A stretch of DNA of 37,320 nucleotides. Origin: a virus (Duplodnaviria > Caudoviricetes). The stretch spans positions 1-37,320 of the IMG/VR virus record IMGVR_UViG_3300020042_003876. One strand, given 5' to 3'. Below the pieces are notes generated by a model that saw only the letters and a program-made list of their open reading frames with translations, ran no database searches and was not told the DNA's origin. Made by a program: the position numbers and the translations under genes. This document shows, one piece after another, positions 26,361 through 34,289 of the stretch; positions within the stretch are counted from its first letter, which is position 1, and every line of letters begins with the position of its first letter.

Positions 26361-26752
26361 CTGACCTGTCTAAGCGTAACAAAGCAAACAAGCGTAGAGG
26401 TGCAGGATTCGAGATAGACATGCACGAGTACCTAGCTAAAATCTTTCCCACCGAAAGGCTCACCAAGAAGGGCCGGGAAGATGAAGGCGATCTCGTACTA
26501 CGTATCACATCAGATACTGCCCTGATCGTAGAGTGCAAGAATGAGGCAGCTATTACGCTGTCATCCTATGTGCAAGAAGCTAAAGTAGAAGCGTTAAACT
26601 ATCAAGCACACAGGGTACATGACGTAAACTATCCTGAACATGCTATAGGTGTAGCAATAGTTAAACGTAGAAACAGTGGCATAGATAAATCTTACGCAGT
26701 TATGGAGGTGAGTGAACTTGTCGAACTCATCCTATGTTTACGAGGCGGGTGA
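26354..26752 (+). CDS. Holliday junction resolvase-like PD-(D/E)XK nuclease
   Basis: NKRRGAGFE, DEGDL, IVECK and IVKRR. Confidence 0.75.
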   Translation: MVTDLSKRNKANKRRGAGFEIDMHEYLAKIFPTERLTKKGREDEGDLVLRITSDTALIVECKNEAAITLSSYVQEAKVEALNYQAHRVHDVNYPEHAIGVAIVKRRNSGIDKSYAVMEVSELVELILCLRGG

Positions 26753-27095
26753 TCTGTGGAAGATTTTGACCCACTACGGGTGGTCGTTACCAGCACCGAA
26801 GTCGGGGTGGCAGACTATAAAATGTGGTCTACACACGGACAAGAAACCGTCCTGTCGGGTGAACAATACGACGGGTGGGATGATGTGCATGTCTTGTGGC
26901 ATGAAGGGCGACGCGGTTGGACTTGTCAAACATGTGGATGGAGGGGAGTGGAATGAAGCTTACAGAAGGTGCAAGGACATTGTTGGAGGAGACAGCCGCC
27001 CGGTACGAGCAGAACCTAAGCGAGGTGGCTTCGTACCTAGCAGGGAGAGGGATAACGGAGGAAGCGGCACGTACGTTCCGGCTAGGCTACGTTAA
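26718..27095 (+). CDS. DNA primase zinc-binding domain (CHC2)
   Basis: CGLHTDKKPSC...CMSCGMKGD; start is TTG 26718 or GTG 26712 after GGAGG. Confidence 0.8.
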   Translation: MSNSSYVYEAGDLWKILTHYGWSLPAPKSGWQTIKCGLHTDKKPSCRVNNTTGGMMCMSCGMKGDAVGLVKHVDGGEWNEAYRRCKDIVGGDSRPVRAEPKRGGFVPSRERDNGGSGTYVPARLR

Positions 27096-27570
27096 AGGCG
27101 ATCATCCCGGAGACTCAGACTACGGTGACAGGCTAGCTATCCCGTATGTTACCCCATCTGGGGTAGTAGACATCCGTTATCGCGCCCTTGCGGGTGACGG
27201 ACCTAAATATCTGTCCCGTCCCGGAGCTAAAACTAAACTGTTTAACGTAAAGGATCTGGCCCTAGAGTCCAGCATCTTATACGTTACTGAGGGTGAGATG
27301 GATACCATCATTGCCTCATCCATCTGCGGGCTACCCGCCGTGGGCGTGCCCGGAGCTAACAACTGGCAGCCACATTTCAAACTACTTATGCAAGATTACC
27401 GCAAGGTTGTGGTACTGTGTGACGGTGATGAAGCCGGTAGACAGTTTGGTAGAGCAGTGTGTAAAGAAGTCGATACAGCAATCTCAGTGTCCATGCCCAC
27501 TGGCATGGATGTGAATGACGTGTACCTATCCGGTGGCAAGGATGCCGTGTTGAGGAGTGTGGAGTTGTGA
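26953..27570 (+). CDS. DNA primase catalytic TOPRIM domain
   Basis: YLAGRGI, RLAIPY, PKYL, VTEGEMD, DGDEAG and DVND; GGAG RBS before ATG 26953. Confidence 0.88.
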   Translation: MKLTEGARTLLEETAARYEQNLSEVASYLAGRGITEEAARTFRLGYVKGDHPGDSDYGDRLAIPYVTPSGVVDIRYRALAGDGPKYLSRPGAKTKLFNVKDLALESSILYVTEGEMDTIIASSICGLPAVGVPGANNWQPHFKLLMQDYRKVVVLCDGDEAGRQFGRAVCKEVDTAISVSMPTGMDVNDVYLSGGKDAVLRSVEL

Positions 27571-28022
27571 GTGGAACCGCAGGACTGGGAAAACCTTCTA
27601 AGAATGATAAGGTCTATGGGGCTAAGGGTAGTGAGTATCGACCAACAGCAGGGTACTATTACGGTGCAGATACCACCTACGAGAACATGAAAGAATCGTA
27701 CAAGCAGTACATGAAGACTAAAGAAATGGTTGATGAAAACCATTCAAGTCTCACGCTTGATCTAGCTTGTATTCTTGATGAGGCTGAAGAGCTACTGTTA
27801 AAGAAGCATCAGGACTATGGCCCTGACAACATTAACAAGTCTCCTCTTGGCCCTCTCGCTGGGCTACTCGTACGCTTGCACGATAAGCAGGCTCGTGCCA
27901 TTCATTTGATTAACAAGGGTACTGATGCGAACTATGAGTCTCTCGAAGATACGTTCATGGATATGCTTAACTATTCTGCGATTGCCATTCTTGTTCTCAG
28001 GAAGCAGTGGCCCAAGTCGTGA
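27567..28022 (+). CDS. Nucleotide-modification-associated domain 1 (DUF1599-like) protein
   Basis: KKHQDYG..NI, VRLHDK..R and ESLEDTFMDMLNYSAI. Confidence 0.75.
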   Translation: MSGTAGLGKPSKNDKVYGAKGSEYRPTAGYYYGADTTYENMKESYKQYMKTKEMVDENHSSLTLDLACILDEAEELLLKKHQDYGPDNINKSPLGPLAGLLVRLHDKQARAIHLINKGTDANYESLEDTFMDMLNYSAIAILVLRKQWPKS

Positions 28023-28255
28023 CCGTTGAAGACTTACCCGACGACGTGGCAATGATTGACCCATACGTCATTGTCTACCTAGTTGGTGGGGATAAGATAT
28101 CATTAAACGACATCTCCATCATGGAACTATCAAGCAGGCTAGGCAAGTACGGATTCGCGTACCTCGCAGACGGCAAAGGCGGATATCTAATTCTATTCTC
28201 ACACGGTGTAGCAGCAATACAAGCATCAAACGAACCTATGGCAACGCTCCTCTAA
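28007..28255 (+). CDS. Hypothetical protein
   Basis: 82-aa gap-filling ORF; start uncertain. Confidence 0.6.
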   Translation: MAQVVTVEDLPDDVAMIDPYVIVYLVGGDKISLNDISIMELSSRLGKYGFAYLADGKGGYLILFSHGVAAIQASNEPMATLL

Positions 28256-28274
28256 ACTATAAGGACACGAAAAT

Positions 28275-29015
28275 ATGCGTAGAGTATGGGTTATCTCAGA
28301 CCTACAAGTACCGTACGAAGACCGTAAAGCAGTAGACGCAGTAGCACAGTGCATCAGCGACATGAAGCAGCCATCCGATATTGTACTCACCATCGGTGAC
28401 GAGATGGATATGCAAACAATCAGTCGCTGGTCCACGGGAACAGCCCTAGAGTGGGAACGGTCCATCGGTAAAGACCGTGACCGTACCGTACAAGTCCTAC
28501 AAGACCTACAGGTCGGGCACGTCATCCGATCAAACCACACCGACAGACTATACAATTCTATTATGCGCAGGCTACCGGGACTACTAGGTTTGCCAGAGAT
28601 CGAACTACAAAACTTCCTACGACTACCCGAAATGGGTATCGAATTCCACAACAAAGCTTACCCCGTTCTACCCGGCTGGCACGCCATGCACGGTGATGAA
28701 GCTGGAACTAGTCAAGTAGCAGGACAGACGGCAGCGGGCCTCGTACGCAAGGTCGGCACGAGCATCGTATGTGGACACACACATCGCATGGGCCTAGTGC
28801 CCCACACTACGTCAGTGAACGGTAAACCTACCCGCACCCTGTGGGGATTCGAGGTAGGGAATCTGATGGACATGACGAAAGCTACGTATGCTAAGACCCA
28901 TAATTGGCAGCAGGGTTTCGGTATCTTGTACGATTTCAAAGGCAAGGTTACACCTTGCCCTATCCCTGTAGTGAACAAGAGCTTCGTCGTTGAGGGCGTG
29001 CAGTACGCATGGTAG
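28275..29015 (+). CDS. Calcineurin-like metallophosphoesterase
   Basis: SDLQ, GDEMD, SNH, HGD and GHTH motifs. Confidence 0.88.
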   Translation: MRRVWVISDLQVPYEDRKAVDAVAQCISDMKQPSDIVLTIGDEMDMQTISRWSTGTALEWERSIGKDRDRTVQVLQDLQVGHVIRSNHTDRLYNSIMRRLPGLLGLPEIELQNFLRLPEMGIEFHNKAYPVLPGWHAMHGDEAGTSQVAGQTAAGLVRKVGTSIVCGHTHRMGLVPHTTSVNGKPTRTLWGFEVGNLMDMTKATYAKTHNWQQGFGILYDFKGKVTPCPIPVVNKSFVVEGVQYAW

Positions 29016-29620
29016 ATTCATTTACCGAATATGAGATGCGTGCCGCTACTATCGTGGCCCGCAAGATCCATAATCTACAAAGGAATCTGATAGACTTCGA
29101 TGATATCCGCAGCGAATGCTACATGTGGATGTGCAAGAACACTACACGTGTGGATCGCTGGCGCGAGGAAGGCAAGCAGGGGCGCGGGAAGCTGGGTACG
29201 GCACTCTACCGGGCTGGCATGAAATATGCCGTTAGGGAGCGTGCTAGGGTCACGCGCACTAGCGTCTCCGATCACTGTTTCTATAGTGAAACGATGCTTC
29301 ACGAGCTGTTGCCTGACCTGTTTGACTACGATGACTGGTCTCTTGAATCTTTCAGTGATGATGCCGATGGGCGTAGCCCGTCGAAACCGGGTGAAGGCAA
29401 CACTCGTCTAGCTATGCTGTGTGACGTTAAGTTTGCGTTTGATTCATTAGTTAAAGAGCAGCAGGATGTTCTGCGTGTAAGGTTCTCTAACGGTGGATTA
29501 GACATTCAGGTTCTGGCGGCAACCTATCAGGTATCTGAATCGACTATGCGTCGCAAGATCCGCACAGCGTTACGTAAGCTGTCTGACAAGCTTGGCGGTG
29601 AACCTCCGTGGTCGCAGTGA
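29009..29620 (+). CDS. Phage sigma-70-family sigma factor (probable late regulator)
   Basis: Region-2-like DFDDIRSECYMW and region-4 HTH L.KEQQDVL..RF..G....LA..YQVSESTMRRKIRTALRKL. Confidence 0.75.
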   Translation: MVDSFTEYEMRAATIVARKIHNLQRNLIDFDDIRSECYMWMCKNTTRVDRWREEGKQGRGKLGTALYRAGMKYAVRERARVTRTSVSDHCFYSETMLHELLPDLFDYDDWSLESFSDDADGRSPSKPGEGNTRLAMLCDVKFAFDSLVKEQQDVLRVRFSNGGLDIQVLAATYQVSESTMRRKIRTALRKLSDKLGGEPPWSQ

Positions 29621-29709
29621 TAGTCATCTGTGCGGTATTCGTTGCAGTAATGATTGCTTGGTCTATCGTTAGCATGTTAGATATTCGAGACGAAGACGAA
29701 GAGCAGTAG
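29617..29709 (+). CDS. Small single-TM peptide (30 aa)
   Basis: MIVICAVFVAVMIAWSIVSMLDIRDEDEEQ; GTGA overlap with the sigma-factor stop. Confidence 0.55.
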   Translation: MIVICAVFVAVMIAWSIVSMLDIRDEDEEQ

Positions 29710-29710
29710 A

Positions 29711-29765
29711 AACAAAGAAGGCCCCGGCAGACACACATCGTGTCCGACCGGGGCCTCTTCTTGTT
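29711..29765. terminator. Bidirectional terminator between the convergent arms
   Basis: AGGCCCCGG (29719-27)/CCGGGGCCT (29748-56) with inner GACAC/GTGTC, flanked by A-rich and T-rich runs. Confidence 0.8.
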
Positions 29766-29922
29766 ACTCCTTACGCAAATCCATTACCGTATCAGCGTAA
29801 GCCTGCTCAGCATCCTCACCACAAAAACAGTAAGCATACTTCTCCTTGCACTCTTCACAATCATTAGCCTCAGGCTGGGTAGTAACCCACCTATCTAAGG
29901 CGATAGCCATTTCATTATTCAT
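29764..29922 (-). CDS. Small Cys-motif protein (52 aa)
   Basis: MNNEMAIALDRWV...CEEC......CFC...; AAGGAG RBS, ATGA overlap. Confidence 0.6.
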   Translation of the reverse strand: MNNEMAIALDRWVTTQPEANDCEECKEKYAYCFCGEDAEQAYADTVMDLRKE

Positions 29923-30041
29923 TCCCACTCCTTCATGTCATCGTTGATACACGACTTACATAGTAGCGTCCAACCATATGCAACCCTACCACCAGACCCG
30001 CCGCAACGCTCACAGCGCACATAACTTTCCTGTTCACTCAT
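29919..30041 (-). CDS. Small Zn-ribbon protein (40 aa)
   Basis: MSEQESYVRCERCGGSGGRVAYGWTLLCKSCINDDMKEWE; coupled on both sides. Confidence 0.65.
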   Translation of the reverse strand: MSEQESYVRCERCGGSGGRVAYGWTLLCKSCINDDMKEWE

Positions 30042-30487
30042 TACCCCTCGCAAGGATACTTGTAGTAGTAACGCAGATAAGGTTCAACAATCCACGACTG
30101 ACGTTGATCACTAGACCACGAGCTGTAGGAACTGAAATCAAAGTTACCATCCTTGTCTAGTCCCCAAGGGGACCACCCGGACTTCTCCCACAGCTTACGT
30201 GCCGCACCGATATTTCCTTCACGGGTCAATACCGTATCCCAATCCCACCATCGGCGGGAAGACCATACTGATTCTTGAATCTGAAACAAACCATAGCCAC
30301 CATCATCACTGATCATAGCAGGTTTATTGTTTGATTCACGATTCACTATAGCCCAAGCGATACGATTATCTTCCCCTGTCCATCCTGCATTAGACAATTC
30401 AACAGCCAGCTTGTTATGACACACTGGTTCATCTGTCTGAAACCCTAGCATGACAGCGGAGGCGAAGAAGATATCGGCAATCAACAT
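30041..30487 (-). CDS. Secreted lysozyme-like / lytic transglycosylase (SLT/Rpf-like)
   Basis: Hydrophobic N-terminus; IVNRES (catalytic Glu), GLFQI and NIGAA..LW...GWSPW. Confidence 0.8.
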   Translation of the reverse strand: MLIADIFFASAVMLGFQTDEPVCHNKLAVELSNAGWTGEDNRIAWAIVNRESNNKPAMISDDGGYGLFQIQESVWSSRRWWDWDTVLTREGNIGAARKLWEKSGWSPWGLDKDGNFDFSSYSSWSSDQRQSWIVEPYLRYYYKYPCEG

Positions 30488-30744
30488 CAGACGGCCTCCG
30501 TGTTAAACACATTAACACAAGCCATGTCTTTACTCAGATTCAGGTTGTGAGAGTGTACTTCAATAACGAGTTGGCATTCTGTAAGTTGATACTCGTCACT
30601 GAAACCCAACGCTTCTACCTTAGCAAGCCAATACTTTACGTCAGCCACAGTCAAGGGAGACTGGATCTCAGCTCCCGCATACCGTGAAGGCGTATCGTCT
30701 AAGCAGATAACTACATCAGCATATGTTTCTACTCTTGCACTCAT
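30487..30744 (-). CDS. Hypothetical protein
   Basis: GGAGG RBS, coupled. Confidence 0.7.
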   Translation of the reverse strand: MSARVETYADVVICLDDTPSRYAGAEIQSPLTVADVKYWLAKVEALGFSDEYQLTECQLVIEVHSHNLNLSKDMACVNVFNTEAV

Positions 30745-30745
30745 T

Positions 30746-30985
30746 CTAATCCTCCTGATAGTTGTCTTCTTCTACATCGCATGGTGCAAGAACAAGCGCA
30801 CCACACGACAAACATTTCATATCCACAAAGTACGCGCTCACTTCACCATCTTCGAACGCGACAACAGCGGCAAACAAATCACAGCCACACAAGCATACTT
30901 CGGTAGGCCCAGCCCATCGGTAGTCTGGTCCCTCAGTTGGCATAGCGTGGATAGCTTCCACCCACACTTTCCGATCTTTATTCAC
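30746..30985 (-). CDS. Zn-binding actinophage protein
   Basis: GPTEVCLCGC...CLSCGALVLAP. Confidence 0.7.
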   Translation of the reverse strand: MNKDRKVWVEAIHAMPTEGPDYRWAGPTEVCLCGCDLFAAVVAFEDGEVSAYFVDMKCLSCGALVLAPCDVEEDNYQED

Positions 30986-31146
30986 TTGAACTCATTAAGG
31001 GAATCTACGCCAACAGCATGTTGGCAACAGCAGTCACCAACACACTCAGTGTGAAACCTTAAAGCAATCTTCAATGCGGAATCAGATTGCGTATCACGCC
31101 ATGCCTGATTCCATGTGCCTGCTGTCCTGCACTTACTACAAATCAC
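30982..31146 (-). CDS. Small Cys/His-rich protein
   Basis: ICSKC...HTEC.GDCCCQH; AGGAG RBS and GTGA overlap with the whiB stop. Confidence 0.65.
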   Translation of the reverse strand: MICSKCRTAGTWNQAWRDTQSDSALKIALRFHTECVGDCCCQHAVGVDSLNEFK

Positions 31147-31430
31147 GATGCACTCCTGTTCTGAAATACCCAATACTCTGGAGATTCTACCGTAATGCCA
31201 CGCTTGTACCTCATCCTAGCTCGTTCGCTAGGTGTAGTGCCAGCCCATAGACCATGCTTCTCGTGACGTACAGCCCACTCTAGGCAGTCCTCACGCAATG
31301 CACAGCCGCTACACATTTCTTTGATCATCTTGATAATGTTCTTAGGTGTACCGGAATGCTCGTCAAGATAGAAGAACTCTACTCCTATCTCAGCGCAAGG
31401 TTCATCACCAACAAACTCAGGATAGTTCAC
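31143..31430 (-). CDS. whiB: WhiB-family Fe-S transcription factor
   Basis: C-x(n)-CxxC-x5-C with GLWAG turn and TTPSER. Confidence 0.93.
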   Translation of the reverse strand: MNYPEFVGDEPCAEIGVEFFYLDEHSGTPKNIIKMIKEMCSGCALREDCLEWAVRHEKHGLWAGTTPSERARMRYKRGITVESPEYWVFQNRSAS

Positions 31431-31633
31431 TGTGTGATCTCCTTAAGCAGATCCTCGTATCCTTCATCATCGAATCCGTACGCATCGACAGCGATTTGCG
31501 CGTACTCCATAGCCCACAGGGGCGACCACGGGTACTGTCGTGGGTTGAAAGCTTTCTCCTTGCAGTAGTGCAGGTACAGCTTGCGTGCGAGGGCAACCAT
31601 CGCCTCGCCATTCTTCTTCATGTCGTCATTCAC
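31427..31633 (-). CDS. Hypothetical protein
   Basis: Start reassigned to GTG 31633 (GGAAGGA RBS, GTGA overlap). Confidence 0.65.
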   Translation of the reverse strand: MNDDMKKNGEAMVALARKLYLHYCKEKAFNPRQYPWSPLWAMEYAQIAVDAYGFDDEGYEDLLKEITQ

Positions 31634-31725
31634 TTGTTCATTCCTTCCAATAGGATACCCACCAATATAAAACCAAAAACCAAGACAGTATAACAAAGAA
31701 AGTTAATAGCTTCACGCTTCCTCAC
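31630..31725 (-). CDS. Small single-TM peptide (31 aa)
   Basis: MRKREAINFLCYTVLVFGFILVGILLEGMNK; GTGA overlaps at both ends. Confidence 0.6.
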   Translation of the reverse strand: MRKREAINFLCYTVLVFGFILVGILLEGMNK

Positions 31726-31946
31726 TTCTCACCAATCAGATCATAAATAGATTGAAGATAGTTAGTGGTGTATCTGTCCATCAGCAAAGCATCCTCGAAC
31801 GTGACCCTATCGTCATCCCGTACACTAGTACACGCCATAGGGACAGCGACACAGGGCGCAACCGATGACCAATTCCATAGCGTTGGGCTACCGGCAGAGT
31901 CGTCTACGTCTTGAACGTATAGAACAATCATATAGTTATTCATCAT
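31722..31946 (-). CDS. Hypothetical protein
   Basis: 74-aa coupled ORF. Confidence 0.65.
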   Translation of the reverse strand: MMNNYMIVLYVQDVDDSAGSPTLWNWSSVAPCVAVPMACTSVRDDDRVTFEDALLMDRYTTNYLQSIYDLIGEK

Positions 31947-32053
31947 GCACCGCTTTCTACTCTACGAGTCTGCACTCCGTCATTGTATCCACGCAAGTAG
32001 GCATCTTCGATAGCCTGCTCAACATCCCACTGAATCTTATTCCAGTCAATCAT
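31943..32053 (-). CDS. Small protein (36 aa), DAYxRGY family
   Basis: MIDWNKIQWDVEQAIEDAYLRGYNDGVQTRRVESGA; AAGGAG RBS. Confidence 0.7.
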   Translation of the reverse strand: MIDWNKIQWDVEQAIEDAYLRGYNDGVQTRRVESGA

Positions 32054-32080
32054 TTCATTCTCCTTTAGTTAGTTATGTAG

Positions 32081-32108
32081 TGAGCAGTTTACCATCATGC
32101 TCAGGATG
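32081..32108 (-). ncRNA. Compact intergenic H-type pseudoknot
   Basis: Minus strand CATC-C-TGAGCA-T-GATG-GTAAAC-TGCTCA: stem 1 CATC/GATG, stem 2 TGAGCA/TGCTCA. Confidence 0.55.
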
Positions 32109-32116
32109 TACAGCTC

Positions 32117-33115
32117 TTAAGCGAACGACATGACAACCTTACGAAGGCGATCCTTCTCAGCGTTAGTCACAGGATCAAACCCTGACGCAGCAGCCATAGC
32201 ATTCTCCACGGCATTGTCCCCGCGTCCCTTGCGGTACCAGTCAAGCCGCTCAGTGAGCGCATTGTACGCACCCCAAGCAGTGCCAGCGATCATGTCCGTA
32301 GTAGGCGACTTGTAGATTGCTTGCACAGTTTCAATCTTCGTACTCCACTTAGCCTCAGCACCCTTGATATCCTTCGGTGGCTTAGGGTACGCGGCCTTGA
32401 GGATCTTATCGAACGTTTCCTTACTGATCTGCGTTTCGATCATGTCCTTAGCCATCTTGTCGAACTCGTCCATGTACGTGTGAGCGATGCCAAGAGCTTC
32501 TCTCGCAGCCATGATCTTGCCATCGACAGTTTGAGTGTGACGGATCTTGAACGACTGTTTCACGCTACCTAGCGCAGCGTTCAACGTGTTCTGACACACC
32601 ACCCTGACGGGGGTGACGCTCGCCTGTACAGCCGTACTCCCATCATGTGATGTGTGAATCAACAGATACGATTTCACCACATCCGATACCCCGTTAGGGT
32701 CAAGCACTGTCTCACGTTCTAACGCGAGGGACCCGAACACTACGCGACCATCCTTGATAGATCCCGCTGTCTCCCAACGTCCACCACCATCAAGGATGTT
32801 GTCCCCGAACGCGAACAGGTCCTCGTTCTGTACAGTCTTGTACCTCTGCCCGACAACAGACAGGACATCAGTCTGCTCAGGGTTGAACGGGTTGTCTCGC
32901 ACCACCATGAACGCATCCTGTACGAAATTGTAGGCTGGAGCTAGCGTAGACACAGGCTCCGTTCTCACGTTCCAATTATCTAGGTGCGCTAGCCCTAGCA
33001 TCTGCACAGTGGACACTTCCTCAGTGAACACAGTGCCTAGTCCATGCCAAGCAGGTTCGCGGAACGAAGCGAACGTGACTTGACCATTGCCATCTGTCTC
33101 TAGTGCGTGTGCCAT
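32117..33115 (-). CDS. DUF932 / LGT_TIGR03299-like phage protein
   Basis: MAH..E, REPAWHGLG, VQNED.F.F, ETAGS...G, SHDGS, VRVVCQNTL, IRHT and GTAWGAYNA.TE..D. Confidence 0.88.
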   Translation of the reverse strand: MAHALETDGNGQVTFASFREPAWHGLGTVFTEEVSTVQMLGLAHLDNWNVRTEPVSTLAPAYNFVQDAFMVVRDNPFNPEQTDVLSVVGQRYKTVQNEDLFAFGDNILDGGGRWETAGSIKDGRVVFGSLALERETVLDPNGVSDVVKSYLLIHTSHDGSTAVQASVTPVRVVCQNTLNAALGSVKQSFKIRHTQTVDGKIMAAREALGIAHTYMDEFDKMAKDMIETQISKETFDKILKAAYPKPPKDIKGAEAKWSTKIETVQAIYKSPTTDMIAGTAWGAYNALTERLDWYRKGRGDNAVENAMAAASGFDPVTNAEKDRLRKVVMSFA

Positions 33116-33116
33116 T

Positions 33117-33323
33117 TTATTCTCCTTCTGTTTCGTTGATTAGTTCAACCTCATAGTTGAATCTTACCTTACTCATGTGTCCTTCGTGAAGCCCCAAACT
33201 ATCTTCGATCAGGGCTTCAGCATACCATATCGCCTCGCCTTCACTGTAAGCGTGAGGGGTCACGACTATGACAGCCCATTCCGTGATGATGGTGACTTTC
33301 CACCGTGGTCCTAGCTCTTCCAT
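33117..33323 (-). CDS. Hypothetical protein
   Basis: 68 aa; AAGGAG upstream. Confidence 0.6.
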   Translation of the reverse strand: MEELGPRWKVTIITEWAVIVVTPHAYSEGEAIWYAEALIEDSLGLHEGHMSKVRFNYEVELINETEGE

Positions 33324-33478
33324 ACCATCTTCTCCTTTATGAATGAAAGCGTTTCCTTGTTGCCTTGCCTTCTACCTTCGATCAGCCCCCACATGTATCC
33401 CCTTTCGTAGGCATCCTTGATCTGCTCCCGACAGATTGCTCCCGTCTCTTCAATTAACTTGTCCCAATCTGTTGCCAT
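33311..33478 (-). CDS. Small protein (55 aa), DAYxRGY family
   Basis: MATDWDKLIEETGAICREQIKDAYERGYMWG...; AAGGAGAATGAAATG start. Confidence 0.7.
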   Translation of the reverse strand: MATDWDKLIEETGAICREQIKDAYERGYMWGLIEGRRQGNKETLSFIKEKMVWKS

Positions 33479-33479
33479 T

Positions 33480-33644
33480 TCATTCTCCTTCAGTTAGTAG
33501 GAACAGCACTTCATCGTACGCTTCGATCATCCCAGCGTAGAGCGCGGCAGAATCTACATCACCAGTAATTTCTAGGTCACGTTCCGCTGATTCTAACAGC
33601 TCTTTTACTCTGGCACGTAGCGCAACGATCTTGATATCTTCCAT
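33480..33644 (-). CDS. Small acidic helical protein
   Basis: Start reassigned to ATG 33644 (GGAGAATGAAATG). Confidence 0.7.
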   Translation of the reverse strand: MEDIKIVALRARVKELLESAERDLEITGDVDSAALYAGMIEAYDEVLFLLTEGE

Positions 33645-33645
33645 T

Positions 33646-33801
33646 TCATTCTCCATTTTCGTTAGTAACAGCATTCAATCTGACAATCCACCATGTGTAA
33701 GGGCATTCAGTTATTGCCCACTTCTCCGCGTCCTCAAACTCATCGAACGGACCATAAAAGTCTATACTATCAAACATTTCTCCAGTTGCTACTGCGTACA
33801 T
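33646..33801 (-). CDS. Small protein (51 aa)
   Basis: MYAVATGEMFDSIDFYGPFDEFEDAEKWA...; GGAGG RBS, TAATG coupling. Confidence 0.7.
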   Translation of the reverse strand: MYAVATGEMFDSIDFYGPFDEFEDAEKWAITECPYTWWIVRLNAVTNENGE

Positions 33802-34022
33802 TAGACCTCCAACCGATAGTATTCATCAACAGTATGTACTGCATATTCTAGACCAGCAAGGTCATAGTATTCCAGCAATTCTCCGAACGTTGTTGGAGCA
33901 ACGTGGGCTATCAACTCACCATCCAGATGAACTTGATAAGTATTAGGACCACGCCCATCATTATCTATTTCATAAATGTGTCTCACGATACTTCCATCTC
34001 CTTCTCCATTTCGTTTAGCCAT
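33801..34022 (-). CDS. Hypothetical protein
   Basis: Likely start ATG 34022 (MAKRNGEG). Confidence 0.6.
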   Translation of the reverse strand: MAKRNGEGDGSIVRHIYEIDNDGRGPNTYQVHLDGELIAHVAPTTFGELLEYYDLAGLEYAVHTVDEYYRLEV

Positions 34023-34191
34023 GATTGGCTTCTGCTTCTTCAATCGTGTCATACCACACCATACCCACACCATCAGGACAGAATCCTACTTGATTAGGCA
34101 GCATGTAGTACACGTGTGGCATGAGCATGTCACGTTCTCTCATGTTGTCGAACGTCTTGTGTGACGTACGCATCTTCATCATTGTGGACAT
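34015..34191 (-). CDS. Hypothetical protein
   Basis: GAAAGGA RBS; start uncertain among several ATGs. Confidence 0.6.
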   Translation of the reverse strand: MSTMMKMRTSHKTFDNMRERDMLMPHVYYMLPNQVGFCPDGVGMVWYDTIEEAEANHG

Positions 34192-34196
34192 TCCTT

Positions 34197-34289
34197 TCAT
34201 TCGATTTCTCCGACGATAGCCATAGCCACTAGCATCAGTGCCAAGAATAGCACACCGACAACGATGTGTCCACGATTCGTTAGTCTCAT
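34197..34289 (-). CDS. Small single-TM peptide (30 aa, MRLTNRG...)
   Basis: MRLTNRGHIVVGVLFLALMLVAMAIVGEIE; ATGA overlap. Confidence 0.65.
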   Translation of the reverse strand: MRLTNRGHIVVGVLFLALMLVAMAIVGEIE

